A DNA stretch of 61,939 nucleotides from an uncultured Qipengyuania sp. GTDB taxonomy: Bacteria > Pseudomonadota > Alphaproteobacteria > Sphingomonadales > Sphingomonadaceae. The first letter of the stretch is position 1. The number at the start of each line of letters is the position of its first letter. Below are positions 38,964-49,361 of the stretch, piece after piece. Made by a program: the position numbers and the translations under genes. The stretch covers positions 1 to 61,939 of the forward strand of contig CBFGON010000001.1 of assembly GCA_965650395.1 (NCBI GenBank), in the 5' to 3' direction. The notes under the pieces were generated by a model that was not told the origin of the DNA, made no database searches, and saw only the letters and a list, made by a program, of their open reading frames with translations.

Positions 38964-41471
38964 ATGGTCGAACTTCCTAGTCTCGAATACGTCCGCCAAC
39001 GGCTGTCCGGCGATCCGCGACGCTTCAGCGCGTGGATGCGCGAAAACTGGCATCATAGCCAACGCCTGCGGGTGATTACCTATCTTGTCGGCATCACACT
39101 GATGCTGCTGGTGCTAATGTGGGCGTCACTGGCCCGTAACCTGCCGGACGCCGAATCGCTGCTCGATTACGAGACACCGCTTCCCACCGTTGTCCGTGGT
39201 ATCGACGGCGAAATCGTCCATTCCTATGCTCGCGAGCGGCGCGTCCAGCTCCAGTATGCCGACTTTCCGCAACCAATGATCGAGGCGTTCTTGTCCGCCG
39301 AGGACAAGACCTTCTTCACTCATGGCGGGGTGGACTACACCGGCACGCTGAATGCCGTCCTGGATTACGCCACAAAATACGGTTCTGACGAACGCGCAGT
39401 TGGTGGTTCGACCATCACTCAGCAGGTCGCCAAGAACCTTTTGCTGACGGACGAGTATTCGGTAACCCGAAAGCTCAAGGAAATGATACTTGCGCAGCGC
39501 ATCGAGCAAGTGCTGACCAAGCAGGAAATCCTCGAGCTGTATCTGAACGAAATCCCGTTGGGTCGTCGCAGCTTTGGGGTCCAGGCCGCATCGCGCGCTT
39601 ATTTCGACAAGGATGTCGACGAACTTGCGCTCAATGAGACCGCTTTTCTTGCCATTCTGCCCAAGGCACCAGAACGTTACGGTCGCAAGAAACACGAGGC
39701 GCTGGCAATCGCACGTCGGAATTTCGTTCTCGACCAGATGGTCGAGAACGAATTCATCACACCTGCTGACGCGGCAGCGGCAAAGGCGAAGCCACTGGGA
39801 CTGGCACAGCAACGCACCGAGCGTTCGGCCGATGCCGGATACTTTCTTGAGGAAGTACGCCGCCAACTGATCGATCGGTTTGGTGAAACGGCAGAAGAAG
39901 GACCACAAAGCGTCTATGCTGGCGGTTTGTGGGTGCGCACTTCCCTAGACACCGAACTTCAAGATGCGGGTCGCGATGCGCTGCGGGCAGGATTGCTGAG
40001 CTATCAGGGGAATCGCGCCTATTCCAAGCCGCTGGCTACGCTCAATCCCGAGAACGGCGATCTTCATTCGCAGCTAGCGTCGTCGAATCTCGGAATAAAT
40101 TATCGCGACTGGAAGGTTGGGGTTGTTACATCCGGCGGATCATCTCCGCGGATCGGCCTGACTAACGGCGAGGATTATGCGCTGACCGGTGCGCCTTCGA
40201 CGATCAAGACAGGTGACGTCGTGGCCGTCGAAAACATGGGCAATAGCTACCGACTGCGGGTCGTCCCCGAAGTGTCAGGGGCGTTTCTTGCGGAAGCACC
40301 ACAGACCGGCCGCATTTTGGCGATGCAGGGTGGGTTCGACGCCCGTCTCGGCGATTTCAACCGGGCGACACAGGCCCTACGCCAGCCCGGGTCCACGATT
40401 AAGCCATTCGTCTATGCCTCTGCGCTGGACCAGGGAATGACCCCGGCAACTCAGGTTCCTGACCAGACGTTTTGCGTCTGGCAGGGGGCTGGGCTGGGTG
40501 AGAAATGCTTCCGCAACTTCGGCGGCGGTGGAGGCGGCACGCACACAATGCGCTGGGGCCTCGAGCAGAGCCGCAATTTGATGACGGTACATATCGCCGA
40601 CGATACAGGGATGCAGAACGTCGTCAAAACGATCGACCGCGTCGGCATCGGCAAATATGATCCCTATTATTCGTTCGCGCTGGGTGCAGGCGACACTACC
40701 GTCGCTCGGATGGTCAATGCCTATGCCGCGCTTGCCAATTGGGGACGCCAAAACAAGGGTTCGGTGATCGACTATGTCCAGGATCGCCGCGGCAAGGTGA
40801 TCTACCGTTCGGACAATCGCGACTGCACCGGCTGCAATATGGCTGAGTGGAATGGTCAACCCATGCCCCGCTTCGAACTGGGCGGACGTCAGGTGCTCGA
40901 CCCGCGCACTGCTTTTCAGATGGTTCACATGCTGCAGGGCGTGATCACGCGAGGAACCGCTGTACGCTTGCGCAGTCTCGGTTTGCCCTTGTTTGGCAAG
41001 ACCGGGACAACCAATGGCCCGACCAACGCCTGGTTCGTGGGCGGGACACCGGACATTGTAGCTGGGATGTATGTCGGTTTCGACCAGCCCCGCAACCTCG
41101 GCGGGTGGGTGCAGGGCGGAAACACCGCCGCACCGATCATGAAGCGCTTTGTCGAAGCCACGAAAGAGCGCTGGAGCTCGGACGACTTCATAGCCCCTCC
41201 CGGTATAAGAATGGTCAAGATCGACCGTCGCAGCGGCAAACGCGTATTTGAAGGCACGCCAAGCGATGACCCCACTGCTTCAATCATCTGGGAGGCTTTC
41301 AAGCCCGATACCGAACCGCCGCGCGCCACGCGCTCGGATGAGCTGGCAGCGCGGCGCAACGAGATACTCGAACTGATCCGCCGGGCACGAGAAGGCGTGC
41401 GTGAACAGCGCAGCGTAGAACGTGTAACGCCTGCCGAAGATTTCGTGGAAGATCAGGGCGGGATCTACTAG
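38964..41471 (+). CDS. mrcA: Penicillin-binding protein 1A (class A PBP)
   Basis: Transglycosylase motifs [29 protein letters not shown]; transpeptidase motifs [16 protein letters not shown]. Confidence 0.93.
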   Translation: MVELPSLEYVRQRLSGDPRRFSAWMRENWHHSQRLRVITYLVGITLMLLVLMWASLARNLPDAESLLDYETPLPTVVRGIDGEIVHSYARERRVQLQYADFPQPMIEAFLSAEDKTFFTHGGVDYTGTLNAVLDYATKYGSDERAVGGSTITQQVAKNLLLTDEYSVTRKLKEMILAQRIEQVLTKQEILELYLNEIPLGRRSFGVQAASRAYFDKDVDELALNETAFLAILPKAPERYGRKKHEALAIARRNFVLDQMVENEFITPADAAAAKAKPLGLAQQRTERSADAGYFLEEVRRQLIDRFGETAEEGPQSVYAGGLWVRTSLDTELQDAGRDALRAGLLSYQGNRAYSKPLATLNPENGDLHSQLASSNLGINYRDWKVGVVTSGGSSPRIGLTNGEDYALTGAPSTIKTGDVVAVENMGNSYRLRVVPEVSGAFLAEAPQTGRILAMQGGFDARLGDFNRATQALRQPGSTIKPFVYASALDQGMTPATQVPDQTFCVWQGAGLGEKCFRNFGGGGGGTHTMRWGLEQSRNLMTVHIADDTGMQNVVKTIDRVGIGKYDPYYSFALGAGDTTVARMVNAYAALANWGRQNKGSVIDYVQDRRGKVIYRSDNRDCTGCNMAEWNGQPMPRFELGGRQVLDPRTAFQMVHMLQGVITRGTAVRLRSLGLPLFGKTGTTNGPTNAWFVGGTPDIVAGMYVGFDQPRNLGGWVQGGNTAAPIMKRFVEATKERWSSDDFIAPPGIRMVKIDRRSGKRVFEGTPSDDPTASIIWEAFKPDTEPPRATRSDELAARRNEILELIRRAREGVREQRSVERVTPAEDFVEDQGGIY

Positions 41472-41553
41472 GCAACGGTGCGTATCCGCACATCGCTTTA
41501 CAATCGCCAATCGCGCGCTAGTTGGGCCAACCGAACGCTTTAAGGAATTGACC

Positions 41554-42681
41554 ATGCGTGCCGAAGGGCAGGCCAATATCGACCGTATCGAAGCTGCGCT
41601 CGCACTCGTGCGTCAGTCGCTCGACTGGGATCGCGCATTGCGCCGTCTCGATGAGCTCGACGCACGTGTCCAGGATCCCAAGCTGTGGGACGATCCCAAG
41701 CAGGCGCAGGCCATCACGCAAGAGCAGAAGCGGCTCGAAACTGCCATTGGCACTGTGCGCGAGATCGAAAGCGAAATGGCCGACGCAGTCGAATTCGTCG
41801 AATTGGGCGATGCCGAGGGTGATGAAGACGTAGCGCGCGAAGGGCTCGATACCTTGTCTTCATTGGCTGACCGCGCTGATCGCGACAAGGTGCAGGCGTT
41901 GTTGTCAGGCGAAGCCGACAGCAATGACACCTATCTCGAAATTCACGCCGGTGCCGGTGGCACAGAAAGCCAGGACTGGGCCGACATGCTGCTCCGCATG
42001 TATGCGCGCTGGGGCGAACGGCGCGGCTTCAAGGTCGAGACGGTCGAGTATCAATCGGGCGAACAGGCCGGAATCAAGAGCGCTACGTTGCTGTTAAAAG
42101 GCGAGAACGCCTATGGTTATGCCAAGACCGAAAGCGGTGTGCACCGCCTGGTGCGCATCAGCCCCTATGACAGTTCGGCGCGACGTCATACCAGTTTCAG
42201 TTCGGTCTGGGTTTACCCGGTGATCGACGATGATATCGACATCGAAATCAATCCGGCTGACCTCAAGATCGACACCTATCGTGCCAGCGGTGCAGGTGGC
42301 CAGCACGTGAATACTACCGATTCCGCTGTCCGGATTACTCACCAACCCACCGGCATTGTCGTGGCGAGCCAGAATGACCGCAGCCAGCACAAGAACCGTG
42401 CCACGGCAATGAACATGCTCAAGGCACGCCTGTTCGAGCGCGAAATGGCCGAACGTGAAGCTGTCGCCTCGGGTGAATATCAGGAAAAGAGCGAGATTGG
42501 CTGGGGCCACCAGATCCGCAGTTACGTTCTCCAGCCGTACCAGATGGTCAAGGACCTGCGGACCGGCGTGACTTCACCGACGCCCGACGATGTACTCGAT
42601 GGAGCACTGGACCCATTCATCAGCGCCGCGCTGGCGCAGCGCGTAACCGGCGAAACCGTCGAGGTCGAAGACACCGAATAG
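41554..42681 (+). CDS. prfB: Peptide chain release factor 2
   Basis: [25 protein letters not shown] (SPF-equivalent), [17 protein letters not shown]; continuous reading frame. Confidence 0.96.
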   Translation: MRAEGQANIDRIEAALALVRQSLDWDRALRRLDELDARVQDPKLWDDPKQAQAITQEQKRLETAIGTVREIESEMADAVEFVELGDAEGDEDVAREGLDTLSSLADRADRDKVQALLSGEADSNDTYLEIHAGAGGTESQDWADMLLRMYARWGERRGFKVETVEYQSGEQAGIKSATLLLKGENAYGYAKTESGVHRLVRISPYDSSARRHTSFSSVWVYPVIDDDIDIEINPADLKIDTYRASGAGGQHVNTTDSAVRITHQPTGIVVASQNDRSQHKNRATAMNMLKARLFEREMAEREAVASGEYQEKSEIGWGHQIRSYVLQPYQMVKDLRTGVTSPTPDDVLDGALDPFISAALAQRVTGETVEVEDTE

Positions 42682-42764
42682 GTCTCGGTCGACCGCCGGG
42701 CAAGGCGGTGCCGGCAATTTGACCCTTGCCGCCCGGTCTCAGCGCGCTAGAGCCTGCGTGAACG

Positions 42765-43490
42765 ATGGTTTGCGCTTTTTCCTTGCGGGTCCTTTTCTTG
42801 CCGATGCTGGTTGCGCTGGCGGGCTGCAACATGGCGCCGGAAGAGGAACCATCGCACTTTCCTGATCCTGACCGGCCGGTTTCGAAGATTGGTTCGAACC
42901 AGTTCTCGACCGAAAGCCAGCGTGACAGCCGCGGTGAAGCGCAAACGGTTATGGATCTCGCCGAGATCGAACCAGGCATGACCGTCGCAGATATTGGCGC
43001 GGGCAACGGCTACTACACCGTTCGACTCTCCGAACGTGTCGGCGAAGAAGGTCGAGTGCTCGCTCAGGACATCGACCGGAAAGCGCTCAGTCGATTGGCT
43101 CGCCGCATCGAGCGTGAGCAGTTGGAGAACATCTCCATCCGCCTGGGCGAATTTGCCGATCCCGAGTTGCCCGACAACAGCTTCGATCGCATCTTCATGG
43201 TCCATATGTACCACGAAATCGGACAACCCTATGAGTTCCTGTGGCACATGTGGCCTTCACTTCGGCCCGGCGGGCAGGTGATCGTGGTAGATGTCGATCG
43301 CCCGACTGACGAGCATGGGATTGATCCGCTTCTGCTCTCCTGCGAGTTCTCGCGCGTCGGATACGAACTGGTAGCTTTCAAGGATGCTCCCGAACTGTCG
43401 GGGTACTATGCACAATTCAAGGCAGCGGCTAACAGGCCGGAACCAGGAGAGATCAAGCCCTGCCGCAGCGATAGCGCGGCGCAGAGCTAG
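42765..43490 (+). CDS. Class I SAM-dependent methyltransferase with lipoprotein signal
   Basis: Hydrophobic N-terminus ending LAGC; VADIGAGNGY, AQDI, FDRIFMVHMYHE, LRPGG. Confidence 0.8.
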   Translation: MVCAFSLRVLFLPMLVALAGCNMAPEEEPSHFPDPDRPVSKIGSNQFSTESQRDSRGEAQTVMDLAEIEPGMTVADIGAGNGYYTVRLSERVGEEGRVLAQDIDRKALSRLARRIEREQLENISIRLGEFADPELPDNSFDRIFMVHMYHEIGQPYEFLWHMWPSLRPGGQVIVVDVDRPTDEHGIDPLLLSCEFSRVGYELVAFKDAPELSGYYAQFKAAANRPEPGEIKPCRSDSAAQS

Positions 43491-43528
43491 GCGCGCAACT
43501 GCGCCCTTATTACGAGAGAGAATTTTCA

Positions 43529-44935
43529 ATGAGTTTCAAGGGTCTGAGCCCGATTGTTTATGGCGGCCGCGAGGTTTGGCCGTTGGTCGAGGGAGGCAAA
43601 GGTGTCTCCGCCACGAATCATTCGAGTTCAGGTGCCTGGGCTGCTGCTGGCGGTATTGGCACGGTAAGTGCGGTCAATGCCGACAGCTATGACGAAGACG
43701 GTAATCCCGTGCCGCAGATATACCCGCAGGCGACCCGCAAGGAACGCTTCGAACAATTGGTCCGCTACGGCATTGATGGCGCCACCGAACAGGTGAAGCG
43801 CGCGCATGAGATTTCAGGCGGCAAAGGCGCGATCAACATTAACGTGCTGTGGGAAATGGGCGGCGCTCAACAGGTCCTCGAAGGCGTGTTGGAGAACTGC
43901 CCAGGGCTCGTAACGGGTGTAACCTGCGGCGCGGGGATGCCTTACAAGCTGGCCGAGATCGCGGCGCGCTATAATGTCCATTACCTGCCGATTGTCTCTT
44001 CCGCCCGCGCTTTCCGCGCATTGTGGAAGCGCAGCTATTCGAAGGTACCTGAACTGCTGGCCGCTGTGGTCTATGAAGACCCATGGCTGGCAGGTGGCCA
44101 CAATGGCCTTTCCAATGCCGAAGATCCGACCAAGCCGGAGGACCCCTATCCGCGCGTAAAGGCACTTCGCGATACCATGCGCGCGGAAGGCGTATCCGAA
44201 GATACTGCCATTGTGATGGCTGGCGGGGTGTGGTTCCTGCGCGAATGGAACGACTGGATCGACAATCCTGAGCTGGGCAAGATCATGTTCCAGTTCGGCA
44301 CGCGCCCGCTGCTGACGCACGAAAGTCCCATCCCGCAGGTGTGGAAGGATATGCTGAGAACGGTGGAACCGGGCGACGTGCTGCTACACAAATTCAGTCC
44401 GACCGGGTTCTACTCAAGCGCGGTGAAGACTCCCTTCCTTTATGACCTCATGCACCGTAGCGAGCGGCAGATTCCCATCTTCAAACGCGATGAGGAAGAA
44501 GGCACTGTACCGCTCGCCGACCACGGCAAGGCGAAGTATTTCTGGGTCCATCCCGGTGACCAGCGCAAGGCATTGGCCTGGATGCACGAAGGCTTCACCG
44601 AACCGCTCAAAACCCCAGACAATACCGTGGTATTTACAACCCCTGAGAGCGCTGAGCAGATCCGCGCCGATCAGCAGGGTTGTATGGGTTGTCTTTCCCA
44701 TTGTGGGTTTTCTAGCTGGAAAGACCACGATGACCATACTACCGGCCGCCTGGCCGACCCGCGAAGCTTTTGTATCCAGAAGACATTGCAGGACATTGCC
44801 CATGGCGGCGATCCGGACGAAAATCTAGCATTCGCGGGCCACGCTGCTTATCGATTCAAGCAGGATCCGTTCTATTCGAACAATTTCACACCAACTGTTA
44901 AGGAGCTGGTCGACCGGATCCTGACTGGCGATTGA
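43529..44935 (+). CDS. FMN-dependent oxidoreductase, nitronate monooxygenase/FabK/FabX family
   Basis: PLVEGGKGV, GAGMP, EDPWLAGGHNG, MAGGVW, QFGTRPL, Cys cluster CMGCLSHC...FCIQ, FAGH. Confidence 0.8.
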   Translation: MSFKGLSPIVYGGREVWPLVEGGKGVSATNHSSSGAWAAAGGIGTVSAVNADSYDEDGNPVPQIYPQATRKERFEQLVRYGIDGATEQVKRAHEISGGKGAININVLWEMGGAQQVLEGVLENCPGLVTGVTCGAGMPYKLAEIAARYNVHYLPIVSSARAFRALWKRSYSKVPELLAAVVYEDPWLAGGHNGLSNAEDPTKPEDPYPRVKALRDTMRAEGVSEDTAIVMAGGVWFLREWNDWIDNPELGKIMFQFGTRPLLTHESPIPQVWKDMLRTVEPGDVLLHKFSPTGFYSSAVKTPFLYDLMHRSERQIPIFKRDEEEGTVPLADHGKAKYFWVHPGDQRKALAWMHEGFTEPLKTPDNTVVFTTPESAEQIRADQQGCMGCLSHCGFSSWKDHDDHTTGRLADPRSFCIQKTLQDIAHGGDPDENLAFAGHAAYRFKQDPFYSNNFTPTVKELVDRILTGD

Positions 44936-44938
44936 CCG

Positions 44939-45367
44939 CTAACGCCAGAGCTGCATCGAGCGGATTGCTTCGGGAATGTTTGCGTCCGTATCAGGGCGTG
45001 AAAGTGTCCGTTCGACGATGCGCCATTTGCGCGTAACTTTGGAACGACGCCACACGTCCATGAGCCAACTGTCGCCCGACCATGCATGGTCGCCGATCTG
45101 CGCTTCCATGCCCACGCGGGTAGCGAAGACCGCTACCTGCCCGTGACGGCGGACATAAACCTCGTCGAAGCGATAACCATTGCACCGAAAGCGCGTTGTA
45201 GCCGCTTCGAGCCAGCTTGCACGGTCGAGGATTGCGGGCTTTTCCGATCCAAGCAGAAAGATGAAATCGCGAGCCGCAAGCGTCTTCATCTGGTTGCGAT
45301 CGCGTTGCATCCACGCGCGCATCCAGAGGTGCTCCAGCGCTTCGATCTTCGATGAGAATTCGTCCAT
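44939..45367 (-). CDS. NTF2-like (DUF4440) protein
   Basis: IEALEHLWMRAW, DFIFL, VYVRRHGQVAV, MDVW...WRIV pattern. Confidence 0.72.
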   Translation of the reverse strand: MDEFSSKIEALEHLWMRAWMQRDRNQMKTLAARDFIFLLGSEKPAILDRASWLEAATTRFRCNGYRFDEVYVRRHGQVAVFATRVGMEAQIGDHAWSGDSWLMDVWRRSKVTRKWRIVERTLSRPDTDANIPEAIRSMQLWR

Positions 45368-45420
45368 GGTGTTCCGCGAATAGAGATTGGCAGCTGGCGT
45401 TCAAGCCCTGAATGACGCGG

Positions 45421-46446
45421 TCAGGCGATCCCGCTCAGCACCTGATCAGGGGGACGGTGTCCGTCTGCCCACATGCGGATATTGGCAATTACCTTGTGCC
45501 CTGAATCTTCACGTCCTTCACGCGTGGCGCTGCCGATATGGGGCAGCGTCATGACATTGGGATGGCGGATCAGGCGCTTGTCGACATTGGGTTCGTCGGG
45601 ATAGACGTCGAGACCGGCACCTGCGAGTTTGCCGCTTTCCAGTGCCGCAATCAGTGCTTCCTGCTCTATCAGGTCGCCGCGTGCGGTATTGATGAGGCAT
45701 GCACCATCTTTCATCAATGCGATGCGACGTGCGTCGATCATGTGATGATTTTCGGGTGATGCCGGGCAGTGCAGGGTCAGAATGTCCGCCCGACCTACCA
45801 GTTCGTCCACACTACCGATCCAGGTTGCGCCGAACATTCTCTCGATCGCTTCGGGCAGACGCTTGCGATTGTGGTATTCGATCTGCAGACCGAAGGCCCG
45901 GGCACGATGCGCCACTGCCTGTCCGATCCGCCCCATGCCGACTATGCCGAGCACCTTGCCGCCCAGCTTGCGACCGAGCATGGCCGTAGGCGCCCAACCG
46001 CTCCATTCACCGCTGCGGATCAACTGCACACCTTCACGAATCCGCCGCGGCACACCGATAATACCTGCCATGGTCAGGTCTGCAGTATCGTCGGTGAATA
46101 CGCCCGGCGTATTGGTGACGATGATCTTGCGGGCAGCCGCGGCGCGCAGGTCGATATGTTCGGTCCCGGCGCCGAAATTGGCAATCAAACGCAGATCCGG
46201 ACCAGCAGCAGCGATTGCGTCTGCATCGATCGTGTCGGTGACTGTCGGGACCAGCACGTCGCAATGCTGCATCGCTGTCACCAGTTGCTCGCGCGACATC
46301 GGTGTGTCGGCCGCGTTAAGTTCAACGTCAAACAGCTCGACCATGCGCTCTTCAATCGAAGGGCTGAGGTGGCGCGTCACCACGACGCGGGGTTTGCGCT
46401 CAAGGCGCCATTCGGGCGCGGCGGAATGTTCGTGCGTCGTGTTCAT
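45421..46446 (-). CDS. D-2-hydroxyacid dehydrogenase (glyoxylate reductase-like)
   Basis: VTNTPGVFTDDTAD, GIVGMGRIG, LHCP, INTARG, GLDVYPDEP, LPHIGSAT. Confidence 0.92.
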   Translation of the reverse strand: MNTTHEHSAAPEWRLERKPRVVVTRHLSPSIEERMVELFDVELNAADTPMSREQLVTAMQHCDVLVPTVTDTIDADAIAAAGPDLRLIANFGAGTEHIDLRAAAARKIIVTNTPGVFTDDTADLTMAGIIGVPRRIREGVQLIRSGEWSGWAPTAMLGRKLGGKVLGIVGMGRIGQAVAHRARAFGLQIEYHNRKRLPEAIERMFGATWIGSVDELVGRADILTLHCPASPENHHMIDARRIALMKDGACLINTARGDLIEQEALIAALESGKLAGAGLDVYPDEPNVDKRLIRHPNVMTLPHIGSATREGREDSGHKVIANIRMWADGHRPPDQVLSGIA

Positions 46447-46530
46447 GCAATGCCAGCGCTACGCTTTCCCCGGGGAAACGGTCAAGCAGCGCTTGATGGT
46501 GAATCGCGCTGCAATTAAGGAAGTCGCCTG

Positions 46531-46992
46531 ATGGCCACGCGTTTTGTCTTATCTGTCCTTGCCATTTTGGCACTTGTCGTGCCCGCCCGCGCGCAAGACC
46601 GCGAAGTGCCCTATTGGGCAACGATCCGCGCCGAGGTGCTCAATATGCGTGTTGGGCCGAGCGAAGATTACAAGATCGAGTGGGTCTATCGCCGCAAAGG
46701 GCTGCCGGTGAAAGTGGTTCGCGTGATGGAAGGCTGGCGTCTTATCGAAGATCCGGAAGGTGATCAGGGTTGGGTCGTTGCGCGGCTTTTGAGTCCCGAC
46801 CGCGGGGCAATCGTGATTGGCCAAGGCGAAACCGCAATGCGCGCCGACCCTGCAGCCGATGGCACAGTGAAATGGCGGTTGGAACCGGGAGTGGTTGGCA
46901 CGCTTGGTGACTGCAACGATGGATGGTGCGAGTTCTCGGTAGGCAAACGCGCAGGCTGGGTAGCGCAAGTCCGGCTATGGGGCGTAGACTGA
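46531..46992 (+). CDS. Secreted tandem bacterial SH3 domain protein
   Basis: Signal peptide; NMRVGPS...WVYRRKGLPVKV...WRLIEDPEGDQGWV; second repeat with C..GWC...GWV. Confidence 0.85.
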   Translation: MATRFVLSVLAILALVVPARAQDREVPYWATIRAEVLNMRVGPSEDYKIEWVYRRKGLPVKVVRVMEGWRLIEDPEGDQGWVVARLLSPDRGAIVIGQGETAMRADPAADGTVKWRLEPGVVGTLGDCNDGWCEFSVGKRAGWVAQVRLWGVD

Positions 46993-47002
46993 GCACGATA
47001 TG

Positions 47003-47031
47003 AAAAAGGGGTGACCAATCGCCACCCCTTT
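47003..47031 (-). terminator. Rho-independent terminator, possibly bidirectional
   Basis: AAAAAGGGGTG...CACCCCTTT inverted repeat between convergent genes, with a U-tract on the minus strand. Confidence 0.75.
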
Positions 47032-47054
47032 CCTTGTCATCGCGAGTGTCTTTC

Positions 47055-47477
47055 TTATTCCGACGGTGCCTGGGCTGAAACATCGTCAGGCACGACTTTT
47101 TTCACAGAGGCCACAACAGTCCCGGCTGCGTCGCGAACCTCGAAACTGCCGTCCGGTCCTGCGGCTCCGCCAGTAAAGCATTCTTCCGCGCCGCCCGTCG
47201 CAGTGTAGCAAAGTTGCTCGCCTTGCTGGCGCCAGGTTCCTGTTTCTACTTCCTTGCCGGCAGTGTCCGTATCAACGTAGGTCCCGTCTGCGTTCAGCGT
47301 TTGGGTCGTTGTCATACCGTTTGCCGCTTTGATTTCATAACTTCCTGCCATCTGGCTGGCGGTGGCCGTATCAGTTGCAGCAGTTGCGGTTTCGACCGGT
47401 TCGGGAGCTGGTTCTTCCTTCGAACCGCAGGCAGCCAGTGCGGCGCAGGCTGCAACAATCATAAGCTTTTGCATCAT
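47055..47477 (-). CDS. Hypothetical lipoprotein (paralogue A)
   Basis: MMQKLMIVAACAALAAC lipobox after a GGGAG RBS; beta-rich domain with a Cys pair. Confidence 0.8.
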   Translation of the reverse strand: MMQKLMIVAACAALAACGSKEEPAPEPVETATAATDTATASQMAGSYEIKAANGMTTTQTLNADGTYVDTDTAGKEVETGTWRQQGEQLCYTATGGAEECFTGGAAGPDGSFEVRDAAGTVVASVKKVVPDDVSAQAPSE

Positions 47478-47577
47478 CTTCTCCCTCAATCCCGTCCGTA
47501 TGGGTTGGCTAGCAGCAAACGGATGCGACCGAAACCGGCTTGATTCACGCGCGATGATTTCTGGCGTCTGCGCGGCT

Positions 47578-47976
47578 CTATTGGATGGGTGCAGGAGCAA
47601 TCCGGACTTTCGTTCCATCGTCACCGGTTGCGGAAAATGAGCCGTCGGGACCAGGCGTGGTCTCCGTATAACATAGAGAGGAGGAGCCAACAGCAGAGGG
47701 AGCGAAGCAGGTCTTTCCATTGACCACCGCAAATGTGCCTTCGTTTGTGATCTCCCCGTCGGACCCAGCAGTTACGTATGTGCCATTGGCATTCAATGTC
47801 GTCGAGGTCACTGAACCATCAGCAGCGGTAATTACGTAAGTGCCTGGGCCGGACCCGTTCGCAGCCGTAGCCACAGGAGTGGAGGACGATTTGATCGCCA
47901 GATCGGTTTCCGGCGCAGGTTCCGCCTGGCAGGCCGACAATAGGCCGATCATAATGCCGAGCATAGGTCTCCTCAT
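47578..47976 (-). CDS. Hypothetical lipoprotein (paralogue B)
   Basis: MRRPMLGIMIGLLSAC lipobox after a GGGAG RBS; aligns by eye with 47055-47477. Confidence 0.75.
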   Translation of the reverse strand: MRRPMLGIMIGLLSACQAEPAPETDLAIKSSSTPVATAANGSGPGTYVITAADGSVTSTTLNANGTYVTAGSDGEITNEGTFAVVNGKTCFAPSAVGSSSLCYTETTPGPDGSFSATGDDGTKVRIAPAPIQ

Positions 47977-48063
47977 TGAACAACTCCCTCTCTCGCAGTT
48001 GCGGCCCATCTAGGCCTTACCACGAAAGAGGGGTTTTGAGGATTTAGTTGTGGAAGCGGGCCG

Positions 48064-49260
48064 TCAGGCCAGTTCAACCGCAACTGCTGTTGCTTCACCG
48101 CCTCCGATGCAGAGCGAGGCAACGCCGCGCTTCTTGCCCTGCTGCTTGAGTGCATTGAGCAGTGTCACAATGATGCGCGTGCCACTGGCGCCGATCGGGT
48201 GACCAAGCGCAGTGCCGCCACCGTTCACATTGATCTTATCGTGCGGAATGCCGATGTCACGCATGGCAAACATGGCAACGCAGGCGAAAGCTTCGTTGAC
48301 TTCCCACAGGTCGACATCGTCGGCGCTCCAGCCAGCCCGCTCAAGCACCTTCTCGATCGCGCCGATCGGGGCGATGGTGAACTGCGCGGGCTCCTGCGCA
48401 TGGGCAGCCATGGCAACGATCTTCGCGATGGGTGTCTGACCATTCGCGCTCGCAACACTTTCACGCGTCAGGACGACCGCAGCCGCGCCGTCGGAAATTG
48501 AAGAAGAGGTCGCGGCCGTGATCGTGCCGTCCTTGGCGAATGCGGGACGAAGTTGCGGGATCTTGTCGGGCTTGCCCTTGGAGGGCGCTTCATCGGTATC
48601 GACCGTCACTTCGCCTGCGCGAGTGGCAATGGTCACCGCCACTACTTCATCGGCAAAAGCGCCGCTGGCAATTGCGGCGTTGGCGCGGCGCAGCGACTCG
48701 ATGGCATAATCGTCCATTTCCTCGCGGGTCATTTGATATTCGTTGGCAGTTTCCTGCGCGAATGTGCCCATCGCGCGACCTTCCTCGTAGGCATCTTCCA
48801 ACCCGTCGAGGAACATGTGGTCATAAGCTGTGTCATGCCCGATGCGGGCGCCAGAGCGATGCTTTTTAAGCAGGTAGGGCGCGTTGGTCATGCTCTCCAT
48901 GCCGCCCGCAACGACGTAGTCCACCGTACCGCTCGCCAGTGCTTCGGCACCCATGATCACGGTCTGCATGCCACTGCCGCACACCTTGTTTACAGTAGTC
49001 GCCTGCACTGATTTGGGCAGGCCAGCCTTGATTGTCGCCTGACGTGCCGGTGCCTGTCCAAGGCCTGCAGGCAGGACGCATCCCATATAGGTGCGATCGA
49101 ACTGGTCCGGCGCTACGCCGGAACGTTCGACAGCAGCCTTTACCGCGGTGGCTCCAAGATCGGTGGCGGAAACGTCCGACAGGGCACCCTGCATCCCGCC
49201 CATGGGGGTGCGAGCATAGGACAGGATCACTACTGGGTCGGCTGAGCTGAACTGAGTCAT
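48064..49260 (-). CDS. Acetyl-CoA C-acyltransferase (thiolase)
   Basis: ARTPMG, NKVCGSGM, GGMESM, NEAFA, GHPIGASG, CIGGG. Confidence 0.95.
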   Translation of the reverse strand: MTQFSSADPVVILSYARTPMGGMQGALSDVSATDLGATAVKAAVERSGVAPDQFDRTYMGCVLPAGLGQAPARQATIKAGLPKSVQATTVNKVCGSGMQTVIMGAEALASGTVDYVVAGGMESMTNAPYLLKKHRSGARIGHDTAYDHMFLDGLEDAYEEGRAMGTFAQETANEYQMTREEMDDYAIESLRRANAAIASGAFADEVVAVTIATRAGEVTVDTDEAPSKGKPDKIPQLRPAFAKDGTITAATSSSISDGAAAVVLTRESVASANGQTPIAKIVAMAAHAQEPAQFTIAPIGAIEKVLERAGWSADDVDLWEVNEAFACVAMFAMRDIGIPHDKINVNGGGTALGHPIGASGTRIIVTLLNALKQQGKKRGVASLCIGGGEATAVAVELA

Positions 49261-49361
49261 TCGTTTACTGGTCCTTGTGAACTGGGGTGTGTTCTGGAAT
49301 ATCTCGCGACCGAGATAGGACAGCCGCTGGTGCAGCGCAACATAGACCGAGGGAGAATACG

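Noticed and set aside
42690-42740. Imperfect inverted repeat after prfB (GGCAAGG...CCTTGCC)
   Set aside because: Large loop and no U-tract; not enough to call a terminator.
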